In this document: in pieces, positions 12,527-23,900 of the stretch
Position numbering within the stretch: the stretch's first letter is position 1
How the letters are laid out: every line of letters begins with the position of its first letter
Source: Azolla caroliniana
Lineage: Eukaryota > Plantae > Polypodiophyta
NCBI GenBank assembly: GCA_043228905.1
Contig: JBHGNT010000006.1
Span: 18,166,001-18,230,000, forward strand
Length of the DNA: 64,000 bases
Direction: 5' to 3'
The notes under the pieces: generated by a model
Told to the model about the DNA's origin: nothing
The model's input: only the letters and a program-made list of their open reading frames with translations
Databases searched by the model: none
Program-made: the position numbers and the translations under genes

Positions 12527-13010
12527 CGTCGCACTTGATATCCTCCCTACCGCCTCTTCAGGTTCGGTTCACCACTTAGATATGTCGTGCAAAATCCGTC
12601 ACTATGTGCGGATCGTGAGGCGGAAGCATCGGGGTTATGGACCGGAAGGAATTAAGGCTCACACGCTTAGCACAAGCAAGATTACACATGAGACAAGTAG
12701 GTAAAAGAAAATATTCGTTTATTGCAAAAGAAAATGGATTCTTTATAATTCTAGAATCATGTTACAACAGATTGGATATGAATATGAAAGATCATTCTTG
12801 AAAGAAAAGAGCCAACAACCATGTAAGGAATGGTCCGATATGAATATGAGAGATTATTCTTCCCCAAGGAATGGGAAAGAGAAGAAGAGAATGGGAAAAA
12901 AAACTAGAGAAAAAAAGTGGAACATATATGGAGTTCCCTCTTGATCATAGCCTCCAATGTTCCTTTGCATGCATCCCCTTTTAGTTGCATGGCCTCCATT
13001 TTTTGCATGC

Positions 13011-15449
13011 ACGTTATCTTCTTATGCTAAATTTGTCTCCTCTAGTGCCAAAGCCTGAACTCGTTGAGATACCCTTATTTCCTTTTCGGTAGCCTCCTAT
13101 TGTAGTCGGATTTCTTTCATTGTTTGCTCATCCAGTGGTAAACTCTCCTGTGGATCAACATACAATGTTCGAGCTTGTAATATATCCACTTCGAACAAGG
13201 GAATAATTTTTGGGTTATCATTGAAATAATGATGCTCCTCCACTTCATCCAGTTCTTCCATCATATTCACAGCCTCTACATGAATTGACAAACATTGCTT
13301 ACTCATAGTAATCTTATTTTGAGTTGACACACGGATTTTAGTTTTCCCTTTTCGGAATGTCAATAAATTCTGATTCCAATTTTGCTTAATATTAGCAATT
13401 TTTAACCATGGCCACCCTAATAGCAAAGAATATGCTCCAGGAGCCTCCAGATGGAGCACAATTGCCGATATTTGAAAAGTGTGACCACCTAACACGACAT
13501 CTAATTGCCGCAGTAATCCGATTGGTCGCACCGTACTGGTATCGGCCATTCTCAACCAAAATGGACATGCTTCCCATTTGGTAATGCTGAGCTTATCACA
13601 AGTAGTCTTATTAATTACATTAACTCCTGTGCCACCATCGACAATAGCACCATCTATTTCTTGGCCATGAATTATGACATTAATGGACGGATTCTACTCA
13701 TCCATAATTGTCAGATTATTACTAGGCTAACTATAGTTAACAGGTACCTATTCGGTGTTGTTCTGGGCAATTAGAGTTGCCACTTTCTCAGTAAATTGTG
13801 GAACCAATTTGAGTAATCCCGTTAAAGGTAATGTTACTTGGCAATCAGCCAAGATTTTCTAAGCTTCCTCATGTTCCTGTATGGCCATTGCTTTGGGTAG
13901 CTCGTTAACTTGGTTTACCTCATTGTCTTGCAGCATCCTGCACACATTATTTTTATTTGCCTCTTCCACCCATTCCCTGGCTGCTTTTCTAACAGCGTCC
14001 TGGATCTCCCATTCTGATTGTTTTTCTTTTACTTCTGGTAATGACCTGCTAAATTTCCGGTATCACCATATTAACGACAAGTGCTTTTCCTTTGATTTTA
14101 GAGGGACATTGATTTGCATAATGTCCATCTTTCCTACAAATATAACAGTTAGGAGTGAATGATCCATTGCCTTCACCCTATTCATATTGGGAATCTTCAT
14201 TCGGATTTTCTTTCTGAGAATCATGTTGAAATTATTGTTACGCTTTTAGTTTATAGAATTTTTGGTTGTTGGGCCGATTGTGATAACAACTGCCTTGTTG
14301 CTGTTGACGATTGTTATCCGGCTGTGCTGAAAAATCTTGATCTCGATTCTGTCGATAATCATATTGTCTGACTTCCTCTGTCGAACCTTGATTATCATTT
14401 CTCCTATATTCATTCTAGTCATTGTGCAGTCTCCTTTCCGAATAATTCTGATTATCATACCGATCATTGAACCTATTACGGTTATCCTGGTAACCATTTT
14501 CTGGAAAAATTTGTTGTACCAGTGTTGTTGTTTTGTTAAGCAAATTATATTCACATTGTTCTACTGAATGGACCTTAGAGTGACAGATTGTGCAATGTGT
14601 TCGTAAACTACACTCTATTGTCGAATGTCCCATATTCAAACAAGTAGTACACTGTACTGCTTGGCGAAACTGTAATTCTTCCATAGTTGGCAAAGTATGA
14701 TGCAATGCCGACATATCCATACTTCTTACATTTTTTGGATTCTGACCCGTAGTAATGGCCTTATCAATCACTTGCTCAATTGACTGAGTTCAGAAATCGA
14801 ACACCGCTAGTGTTGTTTGTAGTGGTTCGCGAATTGCCTCGAGAAAGATATCCTTTAGTTCGTTATCCGGAATTGGCCTGGAAATTTGTAACTGCAGATT
14901 CTGAAAACGAATGACAAATTGTGACACCGTTTCATTGGGTTCTTGATATAATGCATAAAATTGAGCTATCAGATACTTCTGAGGAATCTGTCGATGAAAC
15001 AATTGAAGAAACTTCTTGGTTGATTGTTCGAATGTTTCGAACGCTCGGAAACTATTCTGAGCAAACCAATTGGCCAATTGGCCATCTAATGACAAAACAA
15101 ACTCAACTATTTTAGACCTATCCTCGGCTACCGCCGATAGTGGCTGAGCTCCATGGTTTATTTCCCATGTTATCAAGAATTCCCTAATATGAGCTTCTGC
15201 ATCAGCGCCTTCTCGAAATTTCGAGTAAGGGTAAGGCATATTGTCTTCACTCCAAATATCGTAAAATGAGACTTCTTTGGGCTGATCTCCATCTGCCTTA
15301 CTGTCAGTTAAGTCGGGAACTGAAGACCACCTCCGACTTGTTCCTTGTTGTACTTCCGCAGTAGAATCCTCTTCGAGTCGGATTGTAACCGAACGTGTAC
15401 GAGGACGTTTACGATCGACTGGTGTATCCGGACCAGACGACAATACCAT
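13011..15449 (-). pseudogene. gag: Gypsy P gag (two zinc knuckles) and protease, decayed
   Basis: Retrotrans_gag-like YQEPNETVSQFVIRF; CTTCLNMGHSTIEC and CTICHSKVHSVEQC; AIVDGGTGVNVI and LLLGWPWL protease motifs. Confidence 0.85.
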
Positions 15450-15473
15450 TCGACTTGTTCTCTGCTAATTGCA

Positions 15474-15492
15474 GATTCCACCGGGCATGCCA
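15474..15492 (-). other. PBS of Gypsy P (probably tRNA-Arg type)
   Basis: TGGCATGCCCGGTGGAATC, 11 nt inside the 5' LTR end; tRNA identity is from recall, not verified. Confidence 0.7.
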
Positions 15493-15503
15493 AAATTATA
15501 CTG

Positions 15504-15969
15504 TGTTGTTCGGCCGACAATCGACTATGTTGTTGACATAGTATAAGTCGAACGTTCTATCAATGAATTTGTGGTTGGGCGAATGAATATTAAGTTGTTG
15601 TAATACTATCGATGTTATACAGACATCGAGATCGTTACTTATGTAATATAGTTATATCAAGATGGAAATAGATTAACAAAAGAATAAATAGTTGCACACT
15701 GAGACTAAACTTATATTACTAAAATAAACAATAGTTTTTACAATGCCTTTGATTCCTTTTATAGGCAACCGAAAGAACTTCCTCATCAAGAAAACATATT
15801 GCCATATCGGCAAGAATTACAAAATTTGTAACTAACTATATTTTTGGTTTTTAATTATATTCGGCAAAATGCTGACTCATCGATCCTCTTTATTGATCCG
15901 ACTTCGACTCTGACATTTCCGTCTCTGACGCTTCTCCACTTGTCCGACCCCCCCTTTGTTCGGGTAACA
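15504..15969 (-). repeat. 5' LTR of Gypsy P
   Basis: Direct repeat of 4507-4995, followed by TSD CTTCG. Confidence 0.9.
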
Positions 15970-17098
15970 CTTCGACTCGGGCCTCTTCCCCGGTAATTGC
16001 CTTCTTCCGTAACCAAAACCTTTGGATCGGTTCCGAACTCCTGGTTCTTCCAGCGAGCTTCTTCATTTAGCAAACTCGACTTTACTCTCGCCAGGGATAA
16101 GTGCTTCCCTTCCGGTCCTGTGTTGGCCAAAGTGACGACCAGCGTCTCTCAGCTATCCGGAAAGGATACGAGCAACAACAAAGTAAGTACCTCGTCGTCC
16201 ATAGGTACTTCTAGTGAGTTCATTTGGTTTATCAAGACCTGGAAGGCATTCATATGTTCCGCCATGTTGGAGCCATCTTGATATTTGAGCCTCATTATCT
16301 TCCGAAATATTGAGACTTCATTTACGACATTCTTGTTTTCCAACATCGTGCCAATCTTCTCCCAGATCTCATTGGCGTTGTCCTCTTCATTGAAGGTATT
16401 GTATAGGCTCATGGAAGAAGCATCTTATGTATGTCTTCGTCTTCATATGCATCATCTCCCAGGTTGCGACATCAATCTTGTCCAGTCATTTATTACCAAA
16501 TTGTACCAGTAGTCAGAGATCTTTGAACACTAACATGTCCCTCATCTTCGACTTCCATATTGGGTAGTTGGAGCCGGTGAGCTTGAACATGCCACCGAAT
16601 GGGTCTTCCATTTTCTTTCTTTCGTTTGAAGTTTAGAACTTTGCTCTCATACCAAATTGTTGAGAATTGTACTCGACCACATCCGAGTTTCACACTAGAA
16701 ATGGAAGATTAAACAGAAAGTAACAATGCACTTCTCAAGATAAAAGAGATGACATCCGATGTTAACATGGAAAACTTTGAGAGACAAAACCACTGGAATT
16801 CTCAAACTCCAAATTGGATCACTATGGGGAGAGGTACTACACTATGAGATTCTGAGGCAAAAACCTCAACCTCTATCTTCGCCAAACCGGCGGTTACAAA
16901 AGAAATGCTTTCTCTCTCTCTCTCTCTGTACAACAATAACAACCACAACAAGAATAAATAACCCACCTCAACATTGTTGCCCTAGTTATATTTATACTTA
17001 TATAACTTTGGGGCTATTTACAAATGTGACCTCAACAGTCACATCGAAACATATTTACTGATATCTCCAGCTGGATACCTTCCAGATCCATCCGGTTC

Positions 17099-17303
17099 GT
17101 TGTCGTCATTAGGGGAGTTAGGGTCCCTCTCTGGGTCCCTCTCTGGGTCGACAACAACCGTTGGTTGAGTGGAGTGCGCGGGCACGGGCCTCGTCGAAAG
17201 TCATAAGTTGTCGTCATTAGGGGAGTTAGGGTCCCTCTCTGGGTCGACAACAACCGTTGGTTGAGTGGAGTGCGTGGGCACGGGCCTCGTCAAAAGTCAT
17301 AAG
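17099..17303. repeat. ~100-bp tandem duplication spanning the Copia A-2 LTR end and its flank
   Basis: gttgtcgtcattaggggag...gtcataa occurs at 17099-17206 and 17207-17303. Confidence 0.85.
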
Positions 17304-18043
17304 TTGGTACTCTCTAGAGATGTCAAGGTACTTGTGTAACTCATTGGTGTCCTCTTGAAGTTTGACATGCTAGTTCAATATGGAAGGTTCAATGCTGAAA
17401 ATGTCGGTGCGAATGCGAACATCCCAAGCATGTTTCCACGCTCAGACTAACCAAAGGAATCCGAAAGACGACACGTAGGCATCTTCACTCTCAAGAATGG
17501 CATGGGTAAGGTAACTTATGATTCGGTGTAGGCACATGAGCTTTGCGAAGAGTTGTGCTAGTTGTTCCTCGTTGACCTGCATTGTGTCGGAAACCTCTCC
17601 ATGGACGCCATTATATGTTTCAATAACACCAAAAATTGAGTGACTTCATAACCAATTATTTGTCAGGCTTCACTCGTTATATCTTTGGTGCCTGGGGAGG
17701 TTTTGGGTGCACCGCAGTGTGAAATGAGAATTAGGGTCTTCATTCTTCCCTATACACCATTTACTACAAATTTTGTAGTCTATCTCTCTATTTTTACTAG
17801 GGTTCCGAATGTTGGAGGAAACAATAGCAAAACCTCCATTACAACCCGTTTGGAGAAGAACAAGAAGAAGTTGTGTGAGTGTGCCACAAAGGATCACTTG
17901 TCGAACTTTGTGTGGTTGTTCGACGAGTGGTCACTCATCGAATTGTGTGGGGGTAGTGGAGTCAAGCCATGCTCCTTGACATGATCAAGAAGACGTGATT
18001 AAACAAAGGTTAGGACAACATAAATGTAGGGCAAAAGAAAACA

Positions 18044-18190
18044 ACAATCAGAGACATGATTAGAAACATTATTAAAAGAGACAATCAGAGACATGATTCT
18101 AATTAACCATGCGCAAAAAATTATTTAGTACATCAGAGACATGATTAGCAGCATTATTAAAAGATTCTAATTAACCATGCTCGAAAAATT
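18044..18190. repeat. Local AT-rich repeats (atcagagacatgatt x3)
   Basis: Visible direct repeats. Confidence 0.65.
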
Positions 18191-18835
18191 AAATTACATG
18201 GTTGAAAAATAAATACTCATGTAATTAGTAAAATGATTAGATCAGAAAAAAAACATAGGGGAAAAACAGGTGAAAATAAGAAAAGAAAGAAAAATTAGAA
18301 AATTAAAAATAAAAGGGAAAAAACCCTAAAATTTATAGCAAAAGGACACGTGAGTAAAAATAGCATTATGTTGTTCAATGAGTGTGAACTCGTCGAATTT
18401 TGGGGGACATGTTCGAAGAGGGTGAACTCATTGAATTGTGGGGGTCTATGCGAGTGACACTTAGGCTAGAAAATATTAACGTTTTTACAAATCTGAATAT
18501 TATATTTCATTTCCTATGAAAATTTAAAATCAGTGGAGATTTATTAATTGGATACATGTCATATGCTCATTATGTTATACAAATGAAATTTTACCAAATC
18601 TGAATATTTTACTTATCAACACTGATATTAAATTTATAAACAGCTACATATTTTCTCCTCAAATATATAGATTTTTTAAACAATATGAGTTATAGAAATG
18701 ACTCTAGCCATTTAACAAATCTGTATACCAAAAGCTTGTGTAATAATATTTCAATGTAGCTTTAATCAAAATAGGACAACCAATTCATGGGGATTCCAGA
18801 GGTAAATAAAATCATTGTGTGCAATCGTCAAACTA

Positions 18836-19325
18836 GGGGACTGCTCAACGAGTTCACACTCGTCAAACTTTGGGGGACTTGTTTGACGATTGTGCATTCG
18901 TCGAACTGTGGGGTCTTGTTCAACGAGTGTGAACTCATCGAATTGTGGGGTCTTGTTCAACGAGGGTAAACTACTCGAACCGTGGAGGACTTGTTTGACA
19001 AGTGAGCACTCGTTGAACTTTGGGGGACTTGTTCAACGATTGTGCACTCGTCGAACTGTGGGATCTTGTTCGACGAGGGTGAACTACTCAAACTGTGGGG
19101 GATTGTTCGATGAGTATGAACTCTTCAAACTTTGGGTTTCATTCGATGAGTGTGCACTCGTTGAACTGTAGGGGTCTGTTCGACGAGTTCATACTCATTG
19201 AAATTTGGGAGTCATTCGACAAGTCTGGACTCATCAAACTTTGGGTCTTTTCAATGAGTGTGAACTCGTCGAATTTTGCCTAGGTAGTTCGACAAGTCTG
19301 AACTCATCGAACTTTGGAGAATCTC
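18836..19325. repeat. Tandem array of ~13 units of ~37 bp, each an inverted repeat (consensus ~ggggactt-GTTCGACGAGTG-tg-CACTCGTCGAAC-tgt)
   Basis: Units read directly; isolated copies also at ~17903-17951 and ~18371-18445. Confidence 0.85.
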
Positions 19326-19929
19326 GGGACACATCATTCGAAATAGATATGTCCGAGGTGGCGATTAATGTGTACACGATGTGGGTTGGTGCGGGGTACG
19401 ATGGCGACTGAGGTCAATCGCTTTTTTAAGATTGCTTAAAGTGTGCGGCACTTCATCGGGGGTTGTTTGGGGTGGACTCAATTTTAGATCTTATTTGTAT
19501 GTCTAAACATAAGTAGTGATATAGTTTTAGAAGAATAGAAAAGTGAGGGCGTGGGTGGGGGTTAGGGGAGTGTAGCTTGTTGAAGTTATCAAAAGTATTT
19601 AAACCTAATCAAAGTTTTTAGAACATATTAAAGATCATTGGGATAACTTAAGTTATTAGACACCAATGAAGTACTATTAAAACACCAATATAGAGTATTA
19701 TTAAAACGGGACCACACGCTTAGATGAACGGGAGTTGTTTAAACACACGCTTAAGCAAACACTTAAAAGAAAGATTATTATAAAAAATAAAAATAAAAAT
19801 AAAAATAGAAAAGAGAGATTGAGATTAAAAAATGATTATGGTTAAGAAGGGATTATGATTAAGGGGGAAGGGGTTGCTAAACAAAGTACTTAAACCTATT
19901 CAGGAATGGGATTGGGGACACATCGTGGT

Positions 19930-20416
19930 TGTCACTAGTATTTACATAACGTAGGTGAGGGTAGGTCACCAATATTTACATAAGTGAATGGAATGTTCAC
20001 TAATGTTAGAAAGGGACTAATGTGATTGGATAGAAGGAATGATAGGTGCATGCACTATCATGATCTTCACAGCCAATGAACGGAGTCTGAGTCTTTTTAG
20101 AAAGGAACATCTATTCAAGGGGCCTAGGGAGAGGTATAAATATGAGACTTAGCTACCCTCATAAGGAAATTACGTCAGAAGGCTATTGTCTTAGATACCG
20201 GTGGTGTGGACTAGGCTTTTGTCACGACAATTGCGTTAATCTTTTCCAAGGTATTAGTCATCCTAATATATGGTGGTATGGGATGTCAGTGGTAGGATGG
20301 CTATGTCTAGATCATGGCTCGGGGGTGGTCGGGTGGAACGGGTTCTCCTATCCAATTTATTTACCTTGTTTTTACTTTACTTTGGTCTATTGATTAGTAA
20401 TATAGACCCTTTAACA
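19930..20416 (+). mobile_element. Solo LTR, family D
   Basis: Homologous along its length to 52-527; TG...TAACA; no matching TSD. Confidence 0.8.
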
Positions 20417-20527
20417 ATTCACCATCATTTATTTGGACGACACTCCAATCTTTTTTCAAGACTCCCAAGGAGCACGGTGTGCATGTCAACCAGTCTTGGA
20501 AGAAGTACGATAATATAATCTTTACAT

Positions 20528-20980
20528 TGTTGTAATGTGGGGATCTCACATGAGGAAATAAGCTCAACTATATCTATATATATAAAAGACTGAAGGACAA
20601 GGCAAAGTACAACAACAAGAGTACAAATGTGATGATGTTAAATTCAACAGAAAGACATAACTCAACTTATAAGAACTTAGTCCATGCGTCGAAGGTCAAG
20701 GGTGTGAGTCCTATTTAATGTATGGAGGATCAAGAAGACATTAGTAGGATGAACGAGTGGGATGGTCAGGATGATCAAGATTTTGCTCGCACCAGACGCT
20801 TGAGGAAAAGGAGTGTGCATCAAAAGTGGAAAAGTGAGGTGATGAAGAAAGGGTTGTGGAAGTCTGTTGAGGACCTCTATATAAGTGTGTATAGCAAACA
20901 ACACAGAAAGATCTAAGCAAGCAAGATAAGCAAGAAGCTCAGTTGAAGCTCTAATGGAGACTTGTATTTCTCTTTTGTAA
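20528..20980 (+). mobile_element. Probable truncated LTR of an unidentified family
   Basis: TG start, purine-rich U3-like sequence, CTATATAAG at ~20877; fuses abruptly with the Copia B LTR remnant. Confidence 0.35.
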
Positions 20981-23900
20981 ACTCAAGCCCTAACTTGAGA
21001 ATGTATTCACACTTAAGGATACAATTTGGAAGGAGTTGGCCTTTTATGCCAACAAACTCCCCCGTAAAAGGGCTACTCTTCCCTTGTATACAAACAATTG
21101 GGGTGATCTCCCCTGTGAGCCTAGATTACAAGTCTAATCTATAGTTACAAGTGTATACATGCAAGTCTGTTGGCATTCGGCCGAATTAACAAAGCTGTTA
21201 CAGTAGTAAGAATCTAGCCTATATTCGCTAGTCATCTAGATCGTAAGTTATCTGCGTTAGCCAGACTAGATCGAGTGGTTCAGATTGGCTTGCGTCTAAA
21301 TCAGCTCATTTGTTCGGATCAGCTCATGTCCAATTCCGACTCTCGGCCTCTAGTTGATCGTTTGCTCCTTGTATGCACTCGTTCGTATGCTCCGTGTTGG
21401 CTCATCGATCTAACTTCAGATTTGTTCGTCCCTTGATCATCTCCTCTCCAGTTGGATTTGGCATTTCGATTCTTGGGACTTTGCCTTTTCAGCTCATCCG
21501 ATCAGATCAGTCTTCTAACTTCCTTCTACTACTGCTCATTTGGCTCTTTTCTACTGAGTTTCTTGTTGTAGTTCCATCATCATGTTCCTCAGTGCTCCAA
21601 AGTGTTAGGAACGCCGTCTTCTAATGCAAAACAAGATCAACACTCTTCTAGAATAAGATCGTAAATGGATGGAAGATCATAGCTTTGATGACAGCCAAAG
21701 ACAGAAAGTAAAAGACATCTAGTTTTCAAGAGAGAGAGTCATAGTTCAATGAAGTTTATTACAACTTTTTACAAAATGAGCAACCAACCCGTAATTGGAT
21801 TACAAAGTCAATTTATATATACTGACTAACTTAGGGCAACTACCCTTCTCACTATTTACATAAATAGCCTAAGTCTAGTGTGTTCAAAAAAGGAGACAAT
21901 GTGAATACGTCCATGACAAACCCATATTCAACACTCCCCCGTAATGGGCGTATACATCCGAAACCTATAATCGAAATGAGTATATAATACAAATTGATAC
22001 AAAGTTCCGAACAACCGAAGTCTAGTGTTCGAAAAGCATCCTGAGTGTTTGATTTAATCAAATTGATTCTTCATTACGCCCATGTGTTGCCTAAGTTATC
22101 GAAATCAGTTATTGCGTTAATGTGTCCACGACATTGGTTCATGGGTCCGCGACATTATCGATTGTTGATATTTTCTCTAGACCGATTTTCCTGTCATGAT
22201 GCAGTCCCGAACGAAATGATATCGAATGTCAATATGCTTGGAGGCATTGTGATGAACCGGATTTTTCGACAGAGCAACAACACCCTGACTATCACTGTAA
22301 ACAATTGGAGCCGAGCCGATTTTGGCTTGTCGAAATGTGTAGGCCAGCCGACCGAGCCATAAGGCCTCTTTTGCCGCATCGGACACGGCTATGTATTCAA
22401 CCTCGGTTGTTGATGTGGAGGTGCACTCCTGCAGTTTCGATTTCCATTAGATCACTCCGTTGCCAAGTTCAAAACCATATCCAGTTGTCGATTTTTTGTT
22501 GTCTATGCAACCTGCAAATTCCGAGTCGATGTATCCGACTACACCTGAGATGTCGTTCAGGCCGAACAGAATACCAAGGTCTTTTGTGCCCACCAGATAT
22601 CTAAACACATGCTTGACTGCGTTCCAGTGCGATCGGCCGGGATTATGCATAAATATGCTGATGACTCCAACAGCGTGAGCGATATCAGGATGTGTCACGA
22701 CCATTGTGTACATTAGGGAGCCAACTACTAGTGCATACGGTACCGACTCCATAATTTCCCCCTCCGGACCGGATGTCGTGCAATCTAGCCGAGACACTCG
22801 AGTACTAATAGGAAGCGGGGTAGAGGAAGATCTTGCCCATTACATGTTGAAGTGTTCTAGGACACATCCAATGTAGTCAGATTGGGACAGAAACAATTGT
22901 GATTGATTACGATTCCGACTGATCTTCATACCAAGAATGTGACGTGCCGAACCGAGATCCTTCATGGCAAACTTCAACCACTGTTGCCGAACAAGTTCGG
23001 TGAGTTCGCCTGCATGGCGTCCAGAGATTAGCATGTCGTCCACGTAGATGATGGGGAAGATGGGTGATCCATCTCGAGTTGTCTTCGTGAAGAGACAATG
23101 GTCCTCGTCACTCTTTGAGAAGCCAATCGATTGGATGAAGTCGTCGAACTTCTTGTACCACTATCGCGGCGCCTGTTTCAGGCCATAAAGACTCTTCCTG
23201 AGTCGGCAAACTAGATGTTCTTGACCGGATACCACGAAACCTTTCGGCTGCCCCATATAAATTTCCTCCTCAAGATCACCATGGAGGAAAGCCGTTTTGA
23301 TATCTAGCTGAATCAACTCCAAATTTTCAGTTGCCACTACATCGAGCATGAAGCGAAGGGTTTTCATCTTCACCACTAGCAAAAATATTTCGTCGAAATC
23401 GACACCATGTTCCTGTCGATAACCCTTTGCTACAAATCTAGCTTTGAATTTTGGGTTGGCCAAATCGGACGTCTCCTTAATTCGATAGACCCACTTGCAC
23501 GGAACACCACGTCGATTTTTTGGTAATTCAACCAGGTCCCAAGTCTTGTTTGCATGAATGGAGTTCATTTTGGACTCCATTGCCAGATCCCAGGTGGCCG
23601 AATCAACTGACGTCGATGCTTCTTCGTATGACGTCGGTTCTCCGGCGTCCGTAAAGAAGATGCTAGGAGAGTATCTCTTTGGAGGTTGCAACAGTCTCTC
23701 GGATCTTCGAGGTATGACTGGATTAGTCGCATCAGGTGTCGTGGTCTGATGGTCCAAAGCCGAATCATTCAGTTGTGCCGAGTCGAAATTCTCTGAGTCG
23801 GTGTTTGAAGCCTCAGCTACCCGTGAAGTTGACCGTGTGTTGTGCGTTGGGCCTTCATGAAGGGTTGGTACATCGGAAAAAGTTACCCTTCGGACTTCGA

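Larger units (their letters stand above)
6364..13010 (-). mobile_element. TGTCGTG-type Gypsy element B (3' LTR 6364-7438; truncated 5' LTR 12583-~13010; PBS 12563-12574), RT deleted
   Basis: LTR starts are homologous (tgtcatgcaaaatctgtcac / tgtcgtgcaaaatccgtcac); CACGACA end at 7438 followed by a PPT-like tract; gag, protease and integrase remnants between the LTRs. Confidence 0.85.
4507..15969 (-). mobile_element. Ty3/Gypsy non-chromovirus element (Phygy/Tat-like, family P) with both LTRs and TSD CTTCG; RT deleted; carries nested Gypsy elements
   Basis: Direct LTRs 4507-4995 and 15504-15969 (TG...CA); CTTCG at 4502-4506 and 15970-15974; gag near the right LTR, integrase near the left LTR. 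Confidence 0.9.
2796..17156 (-). mobile_element. Ty1/Copia element A-2 (5' LTR 16658-~17156, PBS 16643-16654, gag-protease-integrase; RT/RNase H missing), split by a Gypsy insertion at 4507-15969
   Basis: Gag reads through across the insertion (NYRGRGPSRS|PKNQEKSGMGSKSRGNPTCFYCGKSGH); WVLDSGASFH protease; LWHKRLCH, TPELNRLAERMN and CIFLPYGDDEFGY integrase motifs. Confidence 0.85.

Noticed and set aside
18836-19325. CRISPR-like array (palindromic ~37-bp repeats)
   Set aside because: No unique spacers between repeats, no cas genes, eukaryotic transposon context
52-20416. LTRs at 52-527 and 19930-20416 as the two ends of one element
   Set aside because: The first is preceded by a PPT (so it is a 3' LTR), the copies are substantially diverged, and there is no shared TSD or matching internal region
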